This document shows, piece by piece, positions 1-8,472 of a DNA stretch of 64,000 bases. How positions within the stretch are numbered: the stretch's first letter is position 1; the number at the start of each line of letters is the position of its first letter. This stretch comes from a plasmid. Under the pieces are notes generated by a model that ran no database searches, was not told where the DNA came from, and saw only the letters and a list, made by a program, of their open reading frames with translations. The translations under genes and the position numbers were made by a program. The DNA is taken from the sequence record NZ_CP015284.1. One strand, 5' to 3'.

Positions 1-60
1 TAATCTCTTTCTTCTTTCTTTTTATTTCGATAATCTCTTTCTTCTTTCTTTTTATACGGA
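1..60. repeat. Two tandem copies of a 30-bp unit (taatctctttcttctttctttttat...), inside the partial CDS above
   Basis: Direct comparison of 1..30 with 31..60: identical except the last 5 nt. Encodes a repeated KKKEERDYRN peptide. Confidence 0.8.
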
Positions 61-1091
61 TAATACTTTTTTAAATCATCAGCTGAAAGATAACGTTCCA
101 TAAATCTACTTTCTTTTTGTATAGTAAAAGTAAATGTACCATCTATTATTTCACCATAAAAATATTCATTTCTTTCTGGCTGAATATAGTTATATTTTTC
201 CGAATATAATTCTATCTTACCTTTTGAATACTTGGCACTTTGTCTAAGTCCGTGATTTCGAGTATCAAAAGCAACCTCATAACATGATCTTAATTCTCTT
301 AAATTCGTATCCTTTATAATATTGAAATAGCGTAAAAACAACTCAGAATCTTCATTTACTATCTCAGTAGTATTTTTATACCCTTCGCCGTCTTGTTCAT
401 ATTTAATGAGGAAATTATTTCGACTATAATACTCCAATAGACATCTCATATTCTCTGGATACATTATTTCCATTTTTGTTTCTACTCGATATTGATTAGG
501 ATGATATTTTTCACATAACGAATCTTGAAATGAAAAACGGTTTGTTCTAATTTCAGTAGTTATGAAATATTGGTCAACTTCCTCATCAGATTGAACTACA
601 ATTTTAGACTCCTTACTTTTTATTTTGTTACTTAGACGAAGCTCTGAAAAATCATAGTATCTCAGCGTCTCATTGACTGCAGCTACACTCTGGTCCAAAA
701 ATTTAAAATCATTCTCTCGTTCTCTATTACCTTGTAAAGTTTGAATAATATAATACTCTCTACAACCTGGAGTATCATCTAATCTAGGTAAATTGTCGTA
801 GTAAAATAAAGCATCATTTGTTTCATATTCTGATAAGAACAAAGCTGCGCAAATTGCAATTATGCAATCTCTCGGTTGATTGGGTTTGGTTTTATTCAGT
901 ATTTTCCTAAACATTTCATAATTTATTCCGACTCTTTGAGCTAATTCTCTCGTCTTTATACCTACTTCTCCATTTATCGTTAATTTATCTTTTGACTTTC
1001 TTTTTATATAATTAATAAAGGTAATATTAGATTCCCTCTTCTTCTCATCCTTTTTTAACACGCTATTAGATTTGTTTTTGTTTTCGTCCAT
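1..1091 (-). CDS. Protein with an N-terminal XRE-family helix-turn-helix domain; partial, its 3' end runs off the window edge (more than 363 aa)
   Basis: Minus-strand ATG at 1091..1089 and an open frame down to position 1 without a stop (not in the ORF track because it lacks a stop). Translation starts MDENKNKSNSVLKKDEKKRESNITFINYIKRKSKDKLTINGEVGIKTRELAQRVGINYEMFRKILNK, an HTH-like segment. Confidence 0.5.
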   Translation of the reverse strand, partial: MDENKNKSNSVLKKDEKKRESNITFINYIKRKSKDKLTINGEVGIKTRELAQRVGINYEMFRKILNKTKPNQPRDCIIAICAALFLSEYETNDALFYYDNLPRLDDTPGCREYYIIQTLQGNRERENDFKFLDQSVAAVNETLRYYDFSELRLSNKIKSKESKIVVQSDEEVDQYFITTEIRTNRFSFQDSLCEKYHPNQYRVETKMEIMYPENMRCLLEYYSRNNFLIKYEQDGEGYKNTTEIVNEDSELFLRYFNIIKDTNLRELRSCYEVAFDTRNHGLRQSAKYSKGKIELYSEKYNYIQPERNEYFYGEIIDGTFTFTIQKESRFMERYLSADDLKKYYPYKKKEERDYRNKKKEERD

Positions 1092-1254
1092 ATACTACCA
1101 CCTCTTTTTTATATAAGTTTATAACAAAAAAGGTAAAACCCAAAGAGAAAACAGGACCAATTAGTCCCATATTCTCTTTAGTTTTACCATTTAACACATC
1201 TTACTATACTAAATATTAATCAATCTATTTTCGAGATAATAACATTATCATATA

Positions 1255-1437
1255 TTATTCCCTCAACTCTTCAAGGACAGTTTCTAAGTCCACTTCTGTC
1301 ACTATTTCTCCGGGTTCCACTTTCTCTCCTGGCAAAACATAATCATGGATCCTGCCATTTCGTCGGACAATACTGATTTTATCGCCCTTGATAAACCCTC
1401 TTTCTATCGCTTCCATTACTTCATCATACGTCATCAT
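1255..1437 (-). CDS. Hypothetical small protein (60 aa)
   Basis: ORF with an AGGAGG RBS (reverse complement of 1442..1447) 6 nt upstream of the ATG. Confidence 0.5.
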   Translation of the reverse strand: MMTYDEVMEAIERGFIKGDKISIVRRNGRIHDYVLPGEKVEPGEIVTEVDLETVLEELRE

Positions 1438-1489
1438 TTTATATACCTCCTATTATCTACAATATATCTATTCGTAAAAAATATCAAAA

Positions 1490-1531
1490 ATTAACAAAAA
1501 AAGCACTTAAAGTTTAAAAACTTTAAGTGCC
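1490..1531 (-). terminator. Rho-independent terminator closing the leftward operon
   Basis: Hairpin gcacttaaagttt-aaaa-actttaagtgc at 1503..1530, preceded on the plus strand by an A-run (a T-run in the minus-strand transcript). It lies just downstream of the stop at 1542. Confidence 0.6.
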
Positions 1532-1541
1532 ATTATTCTTT

Positions 1542-1698
1542 CTATTCCGCAGGCCCTAAGTCAAGATAAAGAATACCTCGTTTAGTGGCATACTGCAGTG
1601 CATATTCATCAGCCTCAAACAAATCTGAAGCTAGAAGGGTCTTCGTAAAGACAGTTTCATCTTTACGCTTAAATGTTGCCGTATATCTATGTTTACTC
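1542..1698 (-). CDS. Hypothetical small protein (52 aa from an internal ATG; the ORF track extends to 1793)
   Basis: Start MSKHRYTATF has a GGAGAAAAA RBS. The longer 83-aa frame overlaps the upstream gene and has no RBS. Confidence 0.45.
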
Positions 1699-1710
1699 AT
1701 TTTTTCTCCT

Positions 1711-2337
1711 TTAATATTCGTACTGACCTTTGACTCCACTATAGAGCCAATACACAGCTTTATCGTAACCTTGCTGAAGGGTAGCGTTAGCATCCTCCAT
1801 TAGGTCTCTCAAAGAATAAAATCCCCTGTAACTGTCTAATGCTGATTCCATCAGACAGAAAAGATATGTTGGCATATCTTTTGTTCCCCAAGCTAGAAGA
1901 TCTAATTGACTTAAATCATCTCTTGCTTCCTTTGGAAAACGACTCGGAAAATTACTTGTCGTAGAATTTCCACATTCCTTGGCACGCTGTAACATAGTTA
2001 GGCGAGTTTCCAACATGTGTATATCAGCCTCTTGAAAAGCTTCTGCATGCTCTGTGGTAATAATCAACTTAGATAGACCGGGATTGATTTCCTCAACTTC
2101 ATAATAAAGTGAAGATTCAAACGGGATCTCAATCGGAGGAAGGTTAGATACTCCCTCTCGATTCAAAACCACGTTCCTAACTGGTCGGCATAGCAAACTT
2201 TGTTGCATATCCACCTTTTTGCTATCGACAATTGATGAAATTCGGTCATTAATTAGGTCTGACGGAAAGCCAGCAATATTACTATTATATTGTTGAACCT
2301 TTTCAATATAGTAGAGACCTTGAGTGATTCCTGTCAT
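1711..2337 (-). CDS. Hypothetical protein (208 aa)
   Basis: ORF with the conserved RBS aaggagaaaaacaATG that is shared by the genes of this operon. Confidence 0.6.
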   Translation of the reverse strand: MTGITQGLYYIEKVQQYNSNIAGFPSDLINDRISSIVDSKKVDMQQSLLCRPVRNVVLNREGVSNLPPIEIPFESSLYYEVEEINPGLSKLIITTEHAEAFQEADIHMLETRLTMLQRAKECGNSTTSNFPSRFPKEARDDLSQLDLLAWGTKDMPTYLFCLMESALDSYRGFYSLRDLMEDANATLQQGYDKAVYWLYSGVKGQYEY

Positions 2338-2351
2338 TGTTTTTCTCCTTC

Positions 2352-2705
2352 TTACGCCATTACAACATTGTCAAGACCAAGCTCTTTGAGCTCCTCTTGT
2401 GTCTCAACGTTACTTTCAGTTGTCTTCAATTTGATGACAACATTCAGTCCCATAGCACGTGCTTGTAACAATGCTGAAGCAAGTGCTGGTTCGGGTTTTC
2501 CCTCAACGAAAAGGGTTTGAACCTTACGCTCCTTCATTTCCAGAATTCTCTTAATATAAAAACAAGAGAGTTCCAAAAATGAATAAGATTGAGCGTTATC
2601 AATCCGAGGGAAAGTTGTAACGCCTTCAAGAAGGTCTTTAGCAAAAAGATCCGCAAAGACCTCTTGAGTTTTTTTGTTTTTGTAGATATAAATCTTTTTT
2701 GTCAT
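2352..2705 (-). CDS. Hypothetical protein (117 aa)
   Basis: ORF with the shared RBS aaggagaaaaaacaATG, tightly packed with its neighbours. Confidence 0.6.
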   Translation of the reverse strand: MTKKIYIYKNKKTQEVFADLFAKDLLEGVTTFPRIDNAQSYSFLELSCFYIKRILEMKERKVQTLFVEGKPEPALASALLQARAMGLNVVIKLKTTESNVETQEELKELGLDNVVMA

Positions 2706-2749
2706 TGTTTTTTCTCCTTTATTTTACAAACTAGATTGTCATAACTTCT

Positions 2750-3301
2750 CTACTTAACAGAGGGAAGCTCCTCAACACGACTTAAGAAAGAAAGCAACTC
2801 CTTGCGTGTGTTGATGTCTTCAACATCTTCTGTTACTGGCGTATCGTAAGTAATATGATACTCACCATTATCCCAGCTCTTAAAGACAGAAGACTGGCAG
2901 AACTCAATCTGATCATCTTCTACCTGATAGACCAGGTTAGCCATATAGCCATTACCAAAGTAATAGCGATGGAATACAACCTTACGATTGTTTCCCAAAC
3001 GCACCAAAACTTCTGGATTTTGGCGTTTATATTGGGTTGGTTTAATGAAGAACCCAAATTGTGACCTTAAACTAGTCATCTTTAAGTCTTTCATTGCCAC
3101 CAACGCCTCATCACAAGAAATAGGCATTAACCCACTTTGTTCTAACAAGGTATTGATAGCAACCATTCCATCCTTCTTGATAAAAAGATGGCTATTCCCA
3201 GTTTCGTTCAAAAACTGATGCAAGGTCATTCCTGAGAATGAACCATTAACCTCTAACAGTTTTTTTCCTAGTAAAAGTGTTGTTGGTACAAATGTTGTCA
3301 T
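2750..3301 (-). CDS. Hypothetical protein (183 aa from ATG 3301; the ORF track gives a GTG at 3424)
   Basis: The internal ATG (MTTFVPTT...) is preceded by ggaggagaaaaacaATG. The upstream extension overlaps a hairpin and the small ORF 3418..3597. Confidence 0.6.
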   Translation of the reverse strand: MTTFVPTTLLLGKKLLEVNGSFSGMTLHQFLNETGNSHLFIKKDGMVAINTLLEQSGLMPISCDEALVAMKDLKMTSLRSQFGFFIKPTQYKRQNPEVLVRLGNNRKVVFHRYYFGNGYMANLVYQVEDDQIEFCQSSVFKSWDNGEYHITYDTPVTEDVEDINTRKELLSFLSRVEELPSVK

Positions 3302-3321
3302 TGTTTTTCTCCTCCATAGAA

Positions 3322-3361
3322 AAAGAGGAAGGTGTAGCCTAGGGCTACTACCTTCCTCTTT
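3322..3361 (-). terminator. Intergenic hairpin plus T-run placed directly in front of the next RBS (attenuator-like); an inverted copy lies at 42114..42153
   Basis: aaagaggaaggtgtagcctagggctactaccttcctcttt is a near-perfect 15-bp stem followed in the transcript by a T-run. The about 100-bp segment 3302..3400 matches the reverse complement of 42065..42175. Confidence 0.6.
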
Positions 3362-3417
3362 CTCTTCTATGTACGATATACGATGTATATTGTACGGTGT
3401 AATGTGTTTTTTGTGGC

Positions 3418-3597
3418 TCACCACTGCATCTCATCAAGTTCACTTGGGGTTAACTTACGGCCCAAATTTTGCTCAACACGCGCAGCCCAGACAAGATTAC
3501 CATTCTTGATCATTTCAATCTCCTCTGGTGTCTTGTATGGTTTATCCGGTAAGCCTAGCGACCTCCAATCCTCTTTGAATCGTTCAACTATTCTCAT
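3418..3597 (-). CDS. Hypothetical small protein (59 aa, MRIVERFKEDWRSLGLPDKPYKTPEEIEMIKNGNLVWAARVEQNLGRKLTPSELDEMQW)
   Basis: Own translation of the reverse complement. Just below the 60-aa track cutoff. Fills the gap between flanking genes. Confidence 0.45.
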   Translation of the reverse strand: MRIVERFKEDWRSLGLPDKPYKTPEEIEMIKNGNLVWAARVEQNLGRKLTPSELDEMQW

Positions 3598-3599
3598 GG

Positions 3600-4043
3600 T
3601 TAGTCTACTCCTCCCTTCAAAAAACGGTCAATGAGTCCCTTAGATGCTGCTGTATTAAAAATCACTCGGTTAGTGTTTCCAATACGACTGCCTCCGTACC
3701 GACTAACATAAAAGTCTCGAAGAGCTGTCTTTGAAATCAGCATCATAAACCCCTCAAAGCCACGATTGAAAGCGTCTTGTGCTACATAAGCAAGCAAGAC
3801 ACCTGCAATCCCTTGGTTTCTCTTATCCATTCGCACCTCCAGCTTATGGATAAAATTGTAATAATCAGTAGGCTCAGGAGTGAACTCAATCATACCAGAA
3901 ACCTCACCTTGAATTACAAAACCACTGGTAATTGCATTGGGAGAACTTATGGCCGTCCAATCAAACTCAAAGCCCTCTGATGTCAAATCAGAAAGTGTCG
4001 AGATATCCTCTTGACTGAAATCCCAAAAGAAGGTCTCTTTCAT
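3600..4043 (-). CDS. GNAT-family N-acetyltransferase
   Basis: Acetyl-CoA-binding-like segment RNQGIAGVLLAYVAQDAFNRGFEGFMML. Start taken at MKETFF with a GGAGAGG RBS; the alternative start at 4076 has a weaker RBS. Confidence 0.7.
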   Translation of the reverse strand: MKETFFWDFSQEDISTLSDLTSEGFEFDWTAISSPNAITSGFVIQGEVSGMIEFTPEPTDYYNFIHKLEVRMDKRNQGIAGVLLAYVAQDAFNRGFEGFMMLISKTALRDFYVSRYGGSRIGNTNRVIFNTAASKGLIDRFLKGGVD

Positions 4044-4095
4044 TTCAATTTTCCTCTCCAGTATCTTTTTGTTCACTTTATTATAACACCTTTCT

Positions 4096-4587
4096 TCAGA
4101 CTGTGATACTTGTTGCTAGAGCTAGCTCTTGATCATAGACTCCCTCTAACTCTTTCAAATAAGACTCGGAATAATCTCCAAGGTCTTCATCTGTTAAGAG
4201 TTCAGTGGTTATCCCTTTACCTGGGACATTGCAAGTCATAACGGTTGCTTTATAAATAAAGTTCACACCAGACTCTGCATCTACAGAATCAAAAGTGGCA
4301 GACATTGGGATATCGCTAAGAGTGCTATCTTGCTTTAAGATGTCAGTCAAAAAGCTATCGATATTCTCTCGAATATTCCAGTTCCCACAAGCTGTAAAAG
4401 GAAGTGTCACTGAGACAAGTCCTTCTTCAGTTGTGATACAATCTGCTTTTCTTGGATGACCTTTTAGAGTCGTTGGGGTCCAAGCTTTTTCATTGATTAC
4501 TCTATGAGTAGCCACAAGCACCTCTATATCCGTTAATGTTGGTGCGGAAATAGTTACCTTGCCAAAGGCATGAGAAATATTCCCCAT
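4096..4587 (-). CDS. Hypothetical protein (163 aa)
   Basis: ORF. The internal ATG MGNISHAFG is preceded by ggagaggagaaaac. Confidence 0.6.
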   Translation of the reverse strand: MGNISHAFGKVTISAPTLTDIEVLVATHRVINEKAWTPTTLKGHPRKADCITTEEGLVSVTLPFTACGNWNIRENIDSFLTDILKQDSTLSDIPMSATFDSVDAESGVNFIYKATVMTCNVPGKGITTELLTDEDLGDYSESYLKELEGVYDQELALATSITV

Positions 4588-4601
4588 AGTTTTCTCCTCT
4601 C

Positions 4602-5258
4602 CTAGAAACAACGCATTCTTCCGTTATCTCTGAAAGAATAGTAATTATCCTTCGTTACGATAACATGGTCTAAGACCTCCATTTCAAAGAGCTTTGCAGC
4701 ATCCTCAAGGGCCTCAGTAACATTAATATCATTACTGGAAGGATACACGTTTCCAGAGGGATGGTTATGAGCTACCAGCACGTAGCGAGCTAAATTCTTC
4801 ACTGCATAGTGAAAAATCTCTCTTGGGCACGCCATACTACGATGAACACTACCGATGAAAACTACTCGCTCCTCGATAACGTTACAATGCACATCCAAGT
4901 ACCACACTACAAGATGCTCTTGTTTCTTTTGCCCATAGGCTTTTTGGATACTTTGAGCAAAATATCCAGTCCCAGTGACACAAGTTGGCTTTTCTTCCTC
5001 ACCTTCTGAACGTTTGAAAAGTTCAAGCATTGAAAGAAAGGCAATAGCATCTCTCTGAGTTAAACCATAATATTTTAACTCCTCGATACTTAACTCACAG
5101 ACCTTCTTAAAGACCTTCTTAGAATCTCCTTGCAATTCAGAATACAAGGCATCGACCTTTTCTGAAGGTATCCAGTGACTGAAAACCCTTTTGAATAGCT
5201 CTTTATCACCAAAGTCTTTAGGATGTCTTACTTGTCTCCTAGTAATTGTTTCTGTCAT
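4602..5258 (-). CDS. RadC-like JAB/MPN domain protein
   Basis: Motif HNHPSGNVYPSSNDINVTEA (the HxHPSG...S..D signature of RadC/JAB) near the C-terminus. Confidence 0.8.
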   Translation of the reverse strand: MTETITRRQVRHPKDFGDKELFKRVFSHWIPSEKVDALYSELQGDSKKVFKKVCELSIEELKYYGLTQRDAIAFLSMLELFKRSEGEEEKPTCVTGTGYFAQSIQKAYGQKKQEHLVVWYLDVHCNVIEERVVFIGSVHRSMACPREIFHYAVKNLARYVLVAHNHPSGNVYPSSNDINVTEALEDAAKLFEMEVLDHVIVTKDNYYSFRDNGRMRCF

Positions 5259-5277
5259 TATTTTTCTCCTTTACCTG

Positions 5278-5454
5278 TTAAACCACAAGCCATTCAGCCT
5301 GCAGTTGCATAGCGACTGCTACTGTTGTTGTTACTTTAAAGAGTAAACGTTCTTGTTTATCCCTTGCAACTATAACAGCAGCACTCCCCTTATAGATAAC
5401 CGAAATGGTACTTTCTCGAGGAAGTGTTTCTAGTAGGATACATATTCTGTCCAT
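5278..5454 (-). CDS. Hypothetical small protein (58 aa, MDRICILLETLPRESTISVIYKGSAAVIVARDKQERLLFK...)
   Basis: Own translation. Strong RBS ggaggtagttATG. Fills an otherwise empty 200-bp gap. Confidence 0.4.
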   Translation of the reverse strand: MDRICILLETLPRESTISVIYKGSAAVIVARDKQERLLFKVTTTVAVAMQLQAEWLVV

Positions 5455-5463
5455 AACTACCTC

Positions 5464-5772
5464 CTAGGCTGGTGCTACTACCCACATGGAGCGGATAGCT
5501 TGCACCTTTCGATTCGTCTCTGCACGGTCTAAGCGACAATCGCTATCAAACTTAGTACCGTAGACATCTTCGTATACCTCTCGCATACGTTTGCCCAGGT
5601 CCTCAATATGAGACAATTGTGCTTTCGAAGCACGCGCATTAAGGTTAGCTATATAGCGATTATAGACTTTTCTAAAAATCGCATTCAGTCTGGCATTATC
5701 TTCAAGATACCACTTCAGTGAGTAGCTTTTATAATGCTCTTTTAACCACTTTGCTTTTTCAGTTTTTGTCAT
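5464..5772 (-). CDS. Hypothetical protein (102 aa)
   Basis: ORF with RBS gaggagaaaaacaATG. Confidence 0.6.
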   Translation of the reverse strand: MTKTEKAKWLKEHYKSYSLKWYLEDNARLNAIFRKVYNRYIANLNARASKAQLSHIEDLGKRMREVYEDVYGTKFDSDCRLDRAETNRKVQAIRSMWVVAPA

Positions 5773-5786
5773 TGTTTTTCTCCTCT

Positions 5787-5814
5787 AAAAAAATGGCCTT
5801 AGGACCATTTTTTC
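5787..5814 (-). terminator. Intergenic hairpin flanked by A- and T-runs (member of a recurring hairpin family)
   Basis: aaaaaaatggccttaggaccattttttc lies between the gene ending at 5833 and the gene starting at 5772. Confidence 0.5.
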
Positions 5815-5832
5815 TTTTGTTGTTGCTATTAT

Positions 5833-6177
5833 TTAAGCAAGTTCAAGTTCGTGAAGGATCTCTTCAAAGTAAAGTCTACGTTTAATACGAGATGAAAATA
5901 AATCTACAAATTCCTTGTAGTATCGAATATCTTCATTCGTATAAGACTTACAGGGATTGGCATCATCATACACGATTAGCCATGCCCGTTTTCCTGGTAC
6001 CATTTCACTCATAGAGTTGACCCCACGTTTATCCAATGCTTCTAGTCCAGTGAGTGAAATATACCCTAGATGAACATTATGTCCTTCATTTTTTAAAAGA
6101 GTATTAACCTTAGCCATACATTTAGTATGTTTCTTTGGCTTATTCACTCCATCTACAAAACATAATACATTTATCAT
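5833..6177 (-). CDS. Hypothetical protein (114 aa from MINVLCFV)
   Basis: ORF. The internal ATG is preceded by ggaggag. Confidence 0.55.
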   Translation of the reverse strand: MINVLCFVDGVNKPKKHTKCMAKVNTLLKNEGHNVHLGYISLTGLEALDKRGVNSMSEMVPGKRAWLIVYDDANPCKSYTNEDIRYYKEFVDLFSSRIKRRLYFEEILHELELA

Positions 6178-6194
6178 TTTTTTCTCCTCCTTTC

Positions 6195-6437
6195 TCAACT
6201 ACGAAATAGATGCTGAATCCCTTCTACAAAGAGAATCGGGATCAGAAATACTATTGCTACAACCAACTTAAAAATTAATTTATTTCGAAGTAAGTTACAC
6301 AAGATAACGTAGCAAAGTATAGCCACGAATCCGATGAACAACCACTCTGGGAGTATTTGATTAAAGAATTCATACCATACTTCTTGCTGTTGAGCATAAG
6401 TCATGTTCGTATTGAAAAGTTCAAAGATATGTTCCAT
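6195..6437 (-). CDS. Small integral membrane protein (80 aa)
   Basis: Two hydrophobic helices (LFIGFVAILCYVILCNLL and LVVAIVFLIPILFV). RBS aaggagaaaaa. Confidence 0.55.
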   Translation of the reverse strand: MEHIFELFNTNMTYAQQQEVWYEFFNQILPEWLFIGFVAILCYVILCNLLRNKLIFKLVVAIVFLIPILFVEGIQHLFRS

Positions 6438-6452
6438 TTTTTCTCCTTAATA

Positions 6453-6479
6453 TAAAAAGTGGTCTTTTGACCACTTTAT
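6453..6479 (-). terminator. Intergenic hairpin of the aaaaagtggtc-tttt-gaccactttatt family
   Basis: Perfect 6-bp stem flanked by A- and T-runs, between the ERF gene stop (6482) and the next start (6437). Confidence 0.5.
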
Positions 6480-6481
6480 TC

Positions 6482-7492
6482 CTACTGTTGTTGTGCCTGC
6501 TGACGTTGTTTAGAAACAAAATCAGACAAAGCTTTTAGTTGAACTGTCAATCCTTGACTTTCACCTAGTTCAGACCACTCAAGCAACTGGCTTTCTGTGG
6601 CCCCAAGAGACATTGCTGCTTCTTCACCACGAGCAACCATTTGAATCAGTTGATCATCGTTACAAGCAGCTTTTATCCCTTTTGGCTCTGGAGTAGCTGT
6701 TTCACTCTTTTGAGAAGGGACTTCAGCTTCACTAGTTACTTGCGATACACTATCACTTGCAACTTTGTTAGCTGATGTCACCTCACTTAGTGATGTCTGT
6801 TCACTACTACTCAAAGAAGTAGCAAGCGACGCTGACTTGGCTGTCTTTCCATAGCGAGCACCTGTTGGCTTGCGAGGTGTTTTCGCTTGAGCATTTGACT
6901 GATAATTATGGTTACTATCATAGTTACCAGTCTGTTGAGCTGATTGCGAATGATATGGCACATTGTCCATATCTAATTCCTCGCTATCAGCCTCAATACC
7001 CAGCAAGGTTTTCACCTCGTAGCGTCTCAGATAGGTTACTTGAGCTCCTAGGTTCTTAATGTCATTGACATTATAGAATACCGGAACCGACTCAATGTCG
7101 TAAGAGACACCACTTTCATGAAGTATTGTCGTCACAACTTTGACTCCGTTAGCATTACCAAACGGAATATGTTTGGTTTGCTGAGTCAAAGTTAAACCAT
7201 ACTTATTGAGTGCTGGACGTACAGCCGCTAGGATGTCGGATAACGGTGCGAACTTAAAGTCAACGTTCTTAAACGTGACTCTACTTGTCGCAGTTACCGA
7301 CTCAAACTCAGCTTGAGCCTTGGCCAAGGCCTCAAACAATGGAGCCATAACTTCCGGCTCTTGTTTAGAATGGTCTTTTTTAGCTTGTTCAGCCTTTTGC
7401 CATTCTAATTGCATTTCCGCCTTAGCTAAAGCTACTTTAGCCTCTACAAGTTCAGCTAGCATGTTTGTGTTATTTACCATAGTTTCAGTCAT
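6482..7492 (-). CDS. ERF-family single-strand annealing protein (phage-type recombinase)
   Basis: N-terminal LAKAQAEFESV...VDFKF...YAPLSDILAAVRPALNKYGL pattern typical of Erf proteins, and a low-complexity S/T/Q-rich C-terminus. Genomic context with SSB and an exonuclease. Confidence 0.6.
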   Translation of the reverse strand: MTETMVNNTNMLAELVEAKVALAKAEMQLEWQKAEQAKKDHSKQEPEVMAPLFEALAKAQAEFESVTATSRVTFKNVDFKFAPLSDILAAVRPALNKYGLTLTQQTKHIPFGNANGVKVVTTILHESGVSYDIESVPVFYNVNDIKNLGAQVTYLRRYEVKTLLGIEADSEELDMDNVPYHSQSAQQTGNYDSNHNYQSNAQAKTPRKPTGARYGKTAKSASLATSLSSSEQTSLSEVTSANKVASDSVSQVTSEAEVPSQKSETATPEPKGIKAACNDDQLIQMVARGEEAAMSLGATESQLLEWSELGESQGLTVQLKALSDFVSKQRQQAQQQ

Positions 7493-7511
7493 TTGTTTTC
7501 TCCTTAATCAT

Positions 7512-7538
7512 AAAAAGTGGCCTTGAGACCACTTTATT
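7512..7538 (-). terminator. Intergenic hairpin of the same family (aaaaagtggccttgagaccactttatt)
   Basis: Stem-loop with flanking A- and T-runs between the exonuclease and ERF genes. Confidence 0.5.
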
Positions 7539-7547
7539 TCCTATTTA

Positions 7548-8396
7548 TTATTGTTGTAAAAATTCTGCCACTGTTTTTGCTGTTACTAACGACTTATTCG
7601 TTAAACAGTAATCACAGTGCCCACATCCTTCGACAGCCTTATGTGCCAAAGCATCTTTAAGTGCTTCAACATTTCCATAGAAGAGGTCTCTCCCCATTTC
7701 AATGATAGTATCATCGATCAGAATTAACTCCTTATCTGGAACAGGTTCTTTTGAAACCGCCATAATATAAGGTGTAAATTCATAACCGTAGGTTTGCTTC
7801 AGCAACTCCTGATATACGTACATTTGTAGCGTATACTGATATTCTACTATGTTATAGAGAAGAGATTTCGTATAACGATGAAGTGTCGTCGAATATTTTT
7901 CCGACTGAAGACTCTCCATCGTCTTCAAGTCAACGAAATAGCCTCCTGAAAGATTCAGACTATCAATTTTGCACTTGAAGGGAATCCCTTCTAACGTACC
8001 AGTGATAATCCGTTCTTTCTCCACCATCTCATCATCTGTACCATGATACAAACGATTAAAAAGCTCCTCTTTTTCTAAAGCAGCAATCATTTTATCTGCT
8101 TGTTTGAAAGAGGCTTTTACCTGGCCAGCGGTTTTCCCTCGTTGACTAATTATCTTATCTCGATTCCTTTCCAAAAAAGCTTCATGAGCTTCTCTAGTCT
8201 CAAAATAAGAATGGACATAATTACCAACAAGTAGGCTTTCTGTCTCTGCCTTCTCAGGCAAAAAGCCCAAGTCAACAACTTCCTGCCTTAAGGGACATTT
8301 AATGTACTCCTTCAGACGAGAAGTGGACATATAATACCTATCTTGGTAGTAATTATCCTCTGTCAATGGAGGAAGTATCTCTACGTCTTTTATCAT
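7548..8396 (-). CDS. PD-(D/E)XK nuclease with Cas4/AddB-like Fe-S cysteines (recombination exonuclease)
   Basis: GYFVDLKT (D..K core), an N-terminal Cys (IKCPLRQ) plus C-terminal CGHCDYC. Start taken at MIKDVEIL with a GGAAGGAGAA RBS. Confidence 0.7.
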   Translation of the reverse strand: MIKDVEILPPLTEDNYYQDRYYMSTSRLKEYIKCPLRQEVVDLGFLPEKAETESLLVGNYVHSYFETREAHEAFLERNRDKIISQRGKTAGQVKASFKQADKMIAALEKEELFNRLYHGTDDEMVEKERIITGTLEGIPFKCKIDSLNLSGGYFVDLKTMESLQSEKYSTTLHRYTKSLLYNIVEYQYTLQMYVYQELLKQTYGYEFTPYIMAVSKEPVPDKELILIDDTIIEMGRDLFYGNVEALKDALAHKAVEGCGHCDYCLTNKSLVTAKTVAEFLQQ

Positions 8397-8472
8397 TCTT
8401 TCTCCTTCCAAAACAAAAAGAGCTCAGTATGACTGAACTCTCTACTTTCTTCTTAAAACCTTGAACTATGTA

